From assembly GCA_965223345.1 (NCBI GenBank), contig CBDCWG010000001.1, positions 32,001 through 96,000 of the forward strand: a DNA stretch of 64,000 nt, read 5' to 3'. The position numbers and the translations under genes were made by a program. Origin of the DNA: Nitrospinales bacterium. Lineage in GTDB: Bacteria; Nitrospinota; Nitrospinia; Nitrospinales; VA-1. Positions 41,611 through 49,188 of the stretch are shown piece after piece (position 1 is the stretch's first letter; each line of letters starts with the position of its first letter). Below the pieces are notes generated by a model. That model did no database searches, had not been told where the DNA came from, and saw nothing but the letters and a program-made list of their open reading frames with translations.

Positions 41611-41723
41611 CAGGCCGCTTTCGGCCCAAAGCGGACATTCTGAGCCGCTTTATTTTTTGTGGATTTGATTGTTATTCGCATTAGTGATCAGCGATCTTAT
41701 TTACAATGTCATTTTCCCTTTCC

Positions 41724-42101
41724 TTAAGATTTCCGGAAATGCTTTTCCAAATCTTTGACAGACAGTATTCCCACAATTTTTCCTTTATCGGCAATCGCAA
41801 TATGACGGATTTTGTTTTTATTCATCAGTTCGCTGGCTTTTGCTAAAGAATCCTCTTTATCAATGGAAATAATGGGAGAGGTCATGATCTCTGAAACTTT
41901 GGATGTCGTTTGATTGCCATCTCCGTTTAAAACTTTATGATACCAGTCTGTTTTTGTGATGATGCCCACATATTTATGCCCATCCTTCACCAAAAGAGCC
42001 CCAATATTATGCTCGTACATAGTGGCCAAGGCTTCCTGGCAGTTTTTATCGGCATTGATAAAACGGACTGGGGAACTCATGTAAGAACTTGCTTTAATCA
42101 T
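41724..42101 (-). CDS. CBS-domain pair protein
   Basis: YMSSPV, IGALLV, GIITKTD, IMTSPI, IRHIAI, GILSVKDL; AGGAG RBS; AT-rich. Confidence 0.93.
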   Translation of the reverse strand: MIKASSYMSSPVRFINADKNCQEALATMYEHNIGALLVKDGHKYVGIITKTDWYHKVLNGDGNQTTSKVSEIMTSPIISIDKEDSLAKASELMNKNKIRHIAIADKGKIVGILSVKDLEKHFRKS

Positions 42102-42292
42102 TGATACTCTCCTGTAGCTTGGTGAATTCTCATACATGCAAAACCGGTTTCTGAATCCGGTTCTTGTTCATTTTTGGGGATCAGACTCTCGAGCTTGAAG
42201 AGCCGGAGATCCTGCCCCGGATCGATAGCTATTTTGGCACCTGCCTCTGTTGGGCGGGTGCTGTGAATCCGCTTTTTCCACGCCACGCATGG

Positions 42293-43495
42293 TCAAGTCG
42301 TCCGAAGCCGTTTCCATAGTTCTGCGCAGGCGGCTCCGAACCCCGCTGCAATCGCGAGGCCGGCAACAATCCCCCCTAAGAAGGGAACGAGGGTAATCAC
42401 CCCAAGAATTAGAGCGCCCACAATGGTCCAGCCGACCCGTCCGGCAAGCTGGATGTCTGTTGAGCCGCGCCATCTGCGTCTTATCAACGTCCCAATGCAA
42501 TCGCTCACCGCCGCAAGACCCAGCAGCCATACCAGGGCGATCGATAGGAACAAGGCAACTCCGAGAGGGATGCCCAGCACGGAGGCGCACAGGAGGCCCG
42601 CAAGGACCGAAGTGAGCAAGAGACCCGCTATGCCTCGCCCGAGATGAGACCATAGATTTTCTCTGAGTTGTTCGGTTGCATCAGACATGAGATCGGGAAA
42701 CGCAATCTGGATCACAATGATGAGCAGGAGTGTGGCGATGGCCCAGGAAAGTCCAATGAACAGGCCGACACCGAAGATTTCGAAACCGAAGGACTTGAAA
42801 TCAGGCATGTCGATCTCAACCCGGCGGATTTCTCCCCCGACCTTGGCTCCTTCGGCGATTTCGGGTTCTGCATCGCTGCGGTAAATAAGATCACCGGCGA
42901 TAGTCGCACCGGATGCGAGGACGATCCGGTCTGCAAGAAAATCGGCCTTGCCGGATATCTCGCCTGTGATAGTGATGCGGGCGGCGGCAGCGCGCAGGTT
43001 TCCATGAATGCGCCCTTCCATGTCGATGGTTTCAGCGGCTATCCGGGCGTCGCCGCCGATCGTTCCTTCGGAAGATATTCGTATCGACCGTCCGGCGGTG
43101 ACAAGATCATCCTTGATGGTTCCACCGATTTTGACGTTGGCTGCCGCTGCGATCATGTCGGCGATGCTGCCGCTGCGCTGCTCGACATCATAGCCCGCCA
43201 CAATAGCGTTCTGGACGGTTGCGGAATCGAAAGTGATGTCGCGGCCCGCTGCGAACACGTCGTCGGCGACGTTGGCTTTGATTCTTACCGATCGACCGGC
43301 GAGAAACTGCATGTCGGTGTGGGTGCCCTCAAGCGTCACGTTCTCGCGCTCGATTTCCTCCGTCTGTCCTGAAGCGTAAGGTACAAAGAAACCGGCCAGC
43401 AATATGCCAAGCCCAAGAACGACAAGCCATTGCAGCAAAACACGCCGTGATATACGCATCCCGAGCGCGAGCAATTCTTTGGTTCGAACGTTCAT
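42293..43495 (-). CDS. Membrane protein with a bactofilin-like beta-repeat domain and C-terminal TM bundle
   Basis: N-terminal signal/TM, recurring (I/V)xGD...AAxxIxIxG units, then 4-5 hydrophobic helices. Confidence 0.7.
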   Translation of the reverse strand: MNVRTKELLALGMRISRRVLLQWLVVLGLGILLAGFFVPYASGQTEEIERENVTLEGTHTDMQFLAGRSVRIKANVADDVFAAGRDITFDSATVQNAIVAGYDVEQRSGSIADMIAAAANVKIGGTIKDDLVTAGRSIRISSEGTIGGDARIAAETIDMEGRIHGNLRAAAARITITGEISGKADFLADRIVLASGATIAGDLIYRSDAEPEIAEGAKVGGEIRRVEIDMPDFKSFGFEIFGVGLFIGLSWAIATLLLIIVIQIAFPDLMSDATEQLRENLWSHLGRGIAGLLLTSVLAGLLCASVLGIPLGVALFLSIALVWLLGLAAVSDCIGTLIRRRWRGSTDIQLAGRVGWTIVGALILGVITLVPFLGGIVAGLAIAAGFGAACAELWKRLRTT

Positions 43496-43654
43496 GACGG
43501 TTCCCCTTTACAGGTCCTTTTTATATAAATTAAGACCCGAGGGAGCCGGGTTTTATTCCTGCTAGACCCTGCCAACAGAACCGCTCTCGCGGCGCATGCC
43601 AATACGACTTTGAGTTTTGATGTGTCGGAGCTTAACCAATGCCGGGCATTGGCG

Positions 43655-43710
43655 AACGACCGCTCTGGGGCGAATCCGGTCCTTCAAGGCCTCACCCTTG
43701 TCCGCTTTCA
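43655..43710 (+). repeat. Right-arm direct repeat, copy 2
   Basis: Aligns to 41336-41391. Confidence 0.9.
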
Positions 43711-43725
43711 ACTGTTTTTTTTCTT

Positions 43726-44406
43726 CTATCGCTTGCCCAGATACTCCGCCCATTCAGGTGGGGAAGGGGATTCGAGAGTGAGGCTCTCTTTCGTCACCGG
43801 GTGCTGGACGATCAGCTTCTGCGCGTACAGGGCGATGCGGCCCTCGGGCAGCGGTGCGGCGGCGCCGTACTTCACGTCGCCGACGATGGGGTGGCCGATG
43901 AAGGCGAGCTGTGCGCGGATCTGGTGAAACCGGCCGGTCTTGAGCAGGATTTCCAGATGGCTTTTGCCGTTCGCCGATTCGAGCACGCGGTAGGAAAGCT
44001 CGGCGCGTTTCGCATCCGGCGTCTCGCGCGGGAACACCGTCGCTTTCAGCGAGCGCTGCTTGCGCAGGTAGTGGATGAGTTCCGATCCGGGCGGATCGGG
44101 CGTGCCTTCGACGATGGCCCGGTAGAATTTTCCGGCCTTGCGTTCGCGGATCTGCTCCGACAGGCGCGACGCCGCTTTCGAGGTTTTGGCGAACAGCACC
44201 ACGCCGGCCACCGGCCGGTCGAGCCGATGCACCAGCCCCAGATAGACGTTGCCCGGTTTGTCGTATTCGGACTTGATCCAGTAACGCACCTGTTCCAGCA
44301 GGCTGGGCTCGGCGCTCTGGTCCGACTGGGTCAGAAGCCCCGCGGGCTTGTAGACCGCGATCAGGTGGTTGTCCTGGAAGAGGATTTTCAGAGGCGGCGC
44401 GGTCAC
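43726..44406 (-). CDS. RluA-family RNA pseudouridine synthase
   Basis: KPAGLL, VHRLDRPVAG (catalytic Asp), TGRFHQIRAQL, GHPIVGDVKYG. Confidence 0.95.
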   Translation of the reverse strand: MTAPPLKILFQDNHLIAVYKPAGLLTQSDQSAEPSLLEQVRYWIKSEYDKPGNVYLGLVHRLDRPVAGVVLFAKTSKAASRLSEQIRERKAGKFYRAIVEGTPDPPGSELIHYLRKQRSLKATVFPRETPDAKRAELSYRVLESANGKSHLEILLKTGRFHQIRAQLAFIGHPIVGDVKYGAAAPLPEGRIALYAQKLIVQHPVTKESLTLESPSPPEWAEYLGKR

Positions 44407-45083
44407 ACCTTGATTTCCCGGGCGTCGATCAGGGGCGGGGTTGGGGGGGGCTCGTGCGTCTGGTTGTCCACGATGCCGCCGGAGATCACGTATTTCACCC
44501 CGTCCTCGATGGACATGGAAATCGGCTGAACCTCGTCCTTCGGCGCGAAGACGAGAAAGCCGGAGGTGGGATTCGGCGTCGTCGGGACGAACACGTTGAT
44601 CACGTTATCCGCCGTGTGCTGCTGCACCTCGCCGCGGGTTTCCCCGGTGACGAAGCCGATCGCGTGCACGCCGCGGCGGGGAAACTCGATGAGCACCACC
44701 TGCTTGAAAGACGACGTGTCCGCATTGGCGAACGAGGTGACCACCTGTTTGGTGCCCTTGTAGATCTGCCGGACGAACGGAATCCGCTCCACGATCCTTT
44801 CACCCAGCCGCACCAGCCGTTTGCCGAAAAAGCTTGTGGTGAACATGCCGACCATCAGGATGGTCAGAAACGTCATGACCACGCCCAGAAACGGGATCCG
44901 GTAGCCTTCCGGGATCGGCGCACCGGCGCGGATCAGAAGATCGGTGAAGATCGGGGACAACGCGTCCAGGTTTTTGAACAGGAATTTCAGGATGAAAAAG
45001 GTGATCGCGATCGGCAGGGTGATCAGCAGACCGGTGATGAAAATATTGCGCAATCGGCGTTTGATTCGGCTGAATACGGGCAT
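44403..45083 (-). CDS. DUF502 family membrane protein
   Basis: FITGLLITLPIAIT, RIPFVRQIY, VFVPTTPNPTSG, ISGG; start MPVFS. Confidence 0.9.
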   Translation of the reverse strand: MPVFSRIKRRLRNIFITGLLITLPIAITFFILKFLFKNLDALSPIFTDLLIRAGAPIPEGYRIPFLGVVMTFLTILMVGMFTTSFFGKRLVRLGERIVERIPFVRQIYKGTKQVVTSFANADTSSFKQVVLIEFPRRGVHAIGFVTGETRGEVQQHTADNVINVFVPTTPNPTSGFLVFAPKDEVQPISMSIEDGVKYVISGGIVDNQTHEPPPTPPLIDAREIKV

Positions 45084-45225
45084 GAAAAGATTCGAAGTAG
45101 AAAGGGTGCAGGATTCGGGCTCCGATTCGCAGGCCTCCCTCCTGCGTATCGGATACTGTATATTATATAACGATTTAACCTCGGGAAAAAGAAGATTGAC
45201 GCGGTGCGCGCAAACGGGATTTGAC

Positions 45226-45253
45226 TTGACAGAAAGTGGAAAAACGTTAAGAT
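45226..45253 (+). promoter_or_regulatory. Sigma70-like promoter for tRNA-Ala
   Basis: TTGACA-N16-TAAGAT, 37 bp upstream of the tRNA. Confidence 0.65.
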
Positions 45254-45290
45254 CTAAAAGCTTACAGAGCTGAAAGAAAACACCGAAAAG

Positions 45291-45363
<73 letters not shown>

Positions 45364-45372
45364 TTTTTTTGC

Positions 45373-45409
45373 AAGGGGTTACGGTTTTTGCCGTGACCCC
45401 TTTCTTTTT
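45373..45409 (+). terminator. Rho-independent terminator after tRNA-Ala
   Basis: AAGGGGTTACGG-tttttg-CCGTGACCCCTT followed by TCTTTTT. Confidence 0.8.
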
Positions 45410-45667
45410 GCCGTGGGCGTTTGCGTGCCGAAACCCGGGAAAAAGAAGCGCAGGTCCCCTTCGCGAACGATGCCTCCCTCGAAAGCCACTGAAAAATTTC
45501 CGGTTTCAGGTTTTGTAAGCCCTGGCCCCTGCGAGGCAGGGCTCGGCAGGTGGCGGGAAATGCGATCCGAATGCAGCCAAACCGAGCGAAATTTGGTACT
45601 ATGTGCGCATCGAGAGACAGACTGCAAACGCAATTTCGAACAAACACATTTCAGGAAAGGATGCATC

Positions 45668-46087
45668 ATGGCTAGCGCGTTCTTTTTCAGAAGGATTCCG
45701 GGTTTTTTGTTTGCCTGTGCATTGTCTTTCATCTTTGCGTCTCCCTCTTTCGCATTCCAATCGGGGAAAACAGGCTTTGAAAATTCCACAAACAAGGGCA
45801 GCATGCTGCCGCAAATCCGGCTGGTGATCGGCGATGAAGGCACCGAAGGTTCGGAATACAAACCTTCCATCGCGGTCGTCACCCCCGAAGTTCCCAGGAA
45901 GGGAGCGACGGAAATGCCGGAAGCGGAACGCTGCAAGCTGGCGGAAAAATCCTGCAAGGACTACGAGGAAAACATGTTCCAGCGCTGCAAGAGGCTGCAA
46001 TCTCCCGAGTGGACCGACCAGGAAGACTGCGGCGCAATCCGGCCCGAACATTTTGAGTACTGCATGTCCATGAGCGACTGCGATTGA
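45668..46087 (+). CDS. Exported hypothetical protein with a six-Cys C-terminal domain
   Basis: Signal peptide ending SPSFA; purine-rich RBS; 6 Cys in the last ~50 aa. Confidence 0.65.
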   Translation: MASAFFFRRIPGFLFACALSFIFASPSFAFQSGKTGFENSTNKGSMLPQIRLVIGDEGTEGSEYKPSIAVVTPEVPRKGATEMPEAERCKLAEKSCKDYEENMFQRCKRLQSPEWTDQEDCGAIRPEHFEYCMSMSDCD

Positions 46088-46349
46088 CCGGTTCGCGGGT
46101 GTTGCAGGCTGAGTCCGGCGACCGGGATCGATAGGCCCCGTGTGTCGTTCTGCGCCATGAATTCCTCGATCGTTTTTCCGGGCCGCGCGCCCGGATTGCG
46201 GTGCGGAAGCGATCAACCGTTAGGCCCTGACGGGCACAATTCCCATTCCTGGATTGAGAGCCGCGCCTTCATGCCTGCCATCACCGCGCGAAAGAAAGCC
46301 TCCGTTCGCAAAGCCACAAACATTGCGCCCGGATCGAAGCCCGCCGCTT

Positions 46350-46571
46350 TCCCTGGTCAAAGACCGGCTGAAATTCCTCAAGCCGTTTATCCGGAAAGGA
46401 AAAAGCGTCCTTTCCGTGGATTACGTGGACAACGGCAATAAAAACAGCAAACGCAACCGCGCCCGCATCGATCGCTACATGCGGGCCTGCCGTTCCAGGG
46501 GATTTCTCTGCTACGCGGCGCGCACCGACCGGGAACTCGACGCCATCAACATCCTCCCCGGCATCCAGCCC
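46350..46571 (+). pseudogene. C-terminal fragment of a TM1410/MJ1477-like (GH114-related) protein
   Basis: KGKSVLSVDYVDNG...RGFLCYAARTDRELDAINILPGIQP resembles my recollection of the family C-terminus; no matching 5' part or start. Confidence 0.6.
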
Positions 46572-46820
46572 ACCCCGCGGCAGCCCCACACCCTCCCTTT
46601 CTTTATCCATCCTGCAAGCCGATTCCGCCTTCTCGAACCGAGGCAGGCATGCATGAATGCATGCCCGGACCGTGCGCCCGGCAAAACCGGGCCGCTGCCT
46701 GGCATCATTCGAACCCCTTGAAAGCAAAAGGCTCATTCGCTCCCCGGCGGTTTGGCACACCCTCTGCAATCAACAGGGGGAGATGCAATGTCAACCGAAT
46801 GATAGAAAGGGAAGCGGAAA

Positions 46821-47705
46821 ATGAAAACGTTCGAATCGCCATCGATGATCCGGCACTGGAGAGGGGAATTGAGCCTCGGCGTCAGCTTTGCGGTCAACAT
46901 CCTGCTGCTGGACGCGCTGCTGTGGGGAGCCCTGTCCACGGTCGAGACCCTAACCGGCGTGTATGGCGCGAACATCCGCCTGGCCTTTTTCGCTTTTTTC
47001 GTGGTTTACGCCGCGCTGCCGCTGCTGTTTGCCTGGCAGACGGTCGGCGCCTGGAGATCCGCCCACGTTCAGCGCACGGCCAAGCCCTGGCTTGCAAGGG
47101 GTTTGAAGGCGGCGCTGCTGGGCCTCGTCCTGGTGAGTGCGGCGAAGTTTCCCGCCGCCTACGCCATGACCAAAGAGTTCGGCGGCATCGCCCTGGCGAC
47201 CGGTCAGGACGCCATGCCCGAGCTCACCCTGCGCCGTTACGGCAGGGAACTCAACATTTCCGGCGGCATCGCCTTCGGCTTGACAGAGAGAGTGCGGGAA
47301 ATCGTCGCCAGCCATCCCAAAATCAAAATCATCAGTCTGGACAGCCCCGGCGGCCGCGTGCGCGAAGCGCGTCTGCTGCGCAATTTCATCAAGGCAAACA
47401 ACATGAAGACCTTTTCCTCGGAAGGCTGCATGAGCGCCTGCACCATCGCGTTTCTGGCCTGCAGCGAACGCATCCTCTATAAAGAAGCCGGTCTCGGCTT
47501 TCACAAATCCAGTTTTTCCGGCGCATCCGAAGGGGAACTGAACCGGGTTGATCGTGTGGACAAGGCCTACATGATCCGTGCGGGTGTCGATCGAGCGTTC
47601 GCCGACAAGGCCTACAGCATCGCATCCACAGACATGTGGTTTCCGACCCACGACGAGTTGATCGCCTCTCACTACGTCACCCGCCTCTACCACGGCGTCG
47701 CCTGA
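46821..47705 (+). CDS. Membrane protein with a C-terminal ClpP/crotonase-like domain (COG3904-like)
   Basis: HWRGELSL, 3 TMs, ISLDSPGG, CMSAC, GLGFH. Confidence 0.7.
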   Translation: MKTFESPSMIRHWRGELSLGVSFAVNILLLDALLWGALSTVETLTGVYGANIRLAFFAFFVVYAALPLLFAWQTVGAWRSAHVQRTAKPWLARGLKAALLGLVLVSAAKFPAAYAMTKEFGGIALATGQDAMPELTLRRYGRELNISGGIAFGLTERVREIVASHPKIKIISLDSPGGRVREARLLRNFIKANNMKTFSSEGCMSACTIAFLACSERILYKEAGLGFHKSSFSGASEGELNRVDRVDKAYMIRAGVDRAFADKAYSIASTDMWFPTHDELIASHYVTRLYHGVA

Positions 47706-47829
47706 CACGTCCCCGTCTTGCCCTTTCTGCCGGACTTGGTATAGTGAAAGGAAACCATTACCTCCACGCCCCGCATTGGGGACGACGATTCCATTATCGG
47801 TCCCTTGCGGCCTCATAACAGGAAACCGC

Positions 47830-48828
47830 ATGCGCAAACGATTTCTCATAATGATCCTGATGGCCGCGTTCGCCGCCGGAGTGGTCCCGGTGGCCGCCGA
47901 ACCCGTGCCGATCGATGAATGGAACGTTCCCTGGGAGGGTTCGCGCCCGCGCGACCCCTACGTCGATCCCAAGGGGCGGGTCTGGTTCTGCGGGCAGAAA
48001 AGCGGTTACCTCGCCTATCTGGAACCGGATTCCGGTGAGTTCAAAAAATTCGAGCTGGGTGCGGGCGCCGGCCCGCACAACCTGATCGTCGAAGATAACG
48101 GAATGGTGTGGTTCGCCGGCAACCGCAACGCCTACATCGGCAAGCTCCATCCGGACACCGGCGAGATCACCAGCTACCCCATGCCCGACCCCAAGGCGCA
48201 CGATCCGCACACGCTGATCTTCGATGGCGCAGGAAATATCTGGTTCACCGTTCAGGGGGGCAATTTCATCGGCCGGCTAGCGATGCAGTCCGGCGTCATC
48301 GACCTCGTTGCGGTTCCCACAGCCGATGCGCGTCCCTATGGCATCGCCGTGGATGCGGACAAACGGCCCTGGGCGGTGCTGTTCGCCAGCAACAAGCTCG
48401 CCACCGTGGACCCCAGGACGCTTGAGCTGACGGAATACGAGCTGCCGCGCCAAGAAGCCCGCCCCCGGCGGATCGGCATCACAAGCGACGGGGCGGTCTG
48501 GTACGGGGATTACGCCCACGGCATGCTGGGGCGGTTCGACCCGCAGTCGCGGACATTCAAGGAATGGCCGCTCCCCGGCGGCAAACAGGCGGGTCCTTAC
48601 GCCATGGCCGTGGACGACCGCGACCGGGTGTGGGTCGCGGAGACAGGCGAGATGCCGAACCGGCTGGTGGGGTTCGATCCGGAAAAAGAAAAATTTTTCA
48701 GCGTCACGGACGTTCCTTCAGGCGGCGGCTCCGTGCGCCACATGGTGTTCCATGCGCCGGACGGCGTGATCTGGTTCGGCGCGGACACCGACCGCATCGG
48801 CCGGGCAGACATCGGCAAAGCGCCATGA
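47830..48828 (+). CDS. Exported Vgb (virginiamycin B lyase)-family beta-propeller
   Basis: Signal peptide; repeats such as P-x-x-I-x-x-D-x-x-G-x-VWF; GPH and DPH motifs. Confidence 0.85.
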   Translation: MRKRFLIMILMAAFAAGVVPVAAEPVPIDEWNVPWEGSRPRDPYVDPKGRVWFCGQKSGYLAYLEPDSGEFKKFELGAGAGPHNLIVEDNGMVWFAGNRNAYIGKLHPDTGEITSYPMPDPKAHDPHTLIFDGAGNIWFTVQGGNFIGRLAMQSGVIDLVAVPTADARPYGIAVDADKRPWAVLFASNKLATVDPRTLELTEYELPRQEARPRRIGITSDGAVWYGDYAHGMLGRFDPQSRTFKEWPLPGGKQAGPYAMAVDDRDRVWVAETGEMPNRLVGFDPEKEKFFSVTDVPSGGGSVRHMVFHAPDGVIWFGADTDRIGRADIGKAP

Positions 48829-48905
48829 ACCGCAACGCCGCGCTGCGGGGCAGGTCATCCTGACGCAAGGGCGGCGGGCCGTATCTTAAACAGGAAACCA
48901 ACGTC

Positions 48906-48989
48906 ATGTTTCAAAACTGGGAAACCTTCATCGGCGTCGTCATCGTGCTGGCGATCATGATTCCGTTCATCCTGAAGAAGTTTTATTGA
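48906..48989 (+). CDS. 27-aa single-TM microprotein
   Basis: MFQNWETFIGVVIVLAIMIPFILKKFY*; AGGA upstream, GC3-rich codons, stop 6 nt before the next ATG. Confidence 0.6.
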   Translation: MFQNWETFIGVVIVLAIMIPFILKKFY

Positions 48990-48995
48990 CCGGGC

Positions 48996-49184
48996 ATGGA
49001 AGAGACGGAACAGTTTTTCGCCTGTCCCTATTGCGGGCAGACCGTGTCCATGATTCTCGACCTGTCTGCACGCCAGCAGCGCTATATCGAGGACTGCGAG
49101 GTGTGCTGCCGCCCGATCGAAATCCGCTTTCGCGTGGAACACGACGAAGTCGCCTCCTTCAGCGCCGAACGCACCGACGCCTGA
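48996..49184 (+). CDS. CPXCG-motif cysteine-rich protein
   Basis: CPYCG and YIEDCEVCCRPI. Confidence 0.9.
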   Translation: MEETEQFFACPYCGQTVSMILDLSARQQRYIEDCEVCCRPIEIRFRVEHDEVASFSAERTDA

Positions 49185-49188
49185 CCCG

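Larger units (their letters stand above)
41520..43807. mobile_element. Putative mini-island unit 2 (cargo: CBS protein + bactofilin-like membrane protein) bounded by 21-bp direct repeats in rluA
   Basis: TCTTTCGTCACCGGGTGCTGG at 41520-41540 and 43787-43807; same arms as unit 1. Confidence 0.75.

Noticed and set aside
40466..43807. Classical integron, CRISPR array or IS element
   Set aside because: No intI, attC-type ends, regular repeat-spacer period, transposase or terminal inverted repeats.
45146..45173. dif-like or LexA-box-like sequence GTATCGGATAC-TGTATA-TTATATAACGA
   Set aside because: Both arms match E. coli dif at only 6/11, and the SOS box lacks the closing CAG; better explained as the TATAAT -10 region of the DUF502-rluA promoter.
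46789..46815. Second TGTCAACCG ECF -35 element
   Set aside because: No CGT -10 at the matching spacing.
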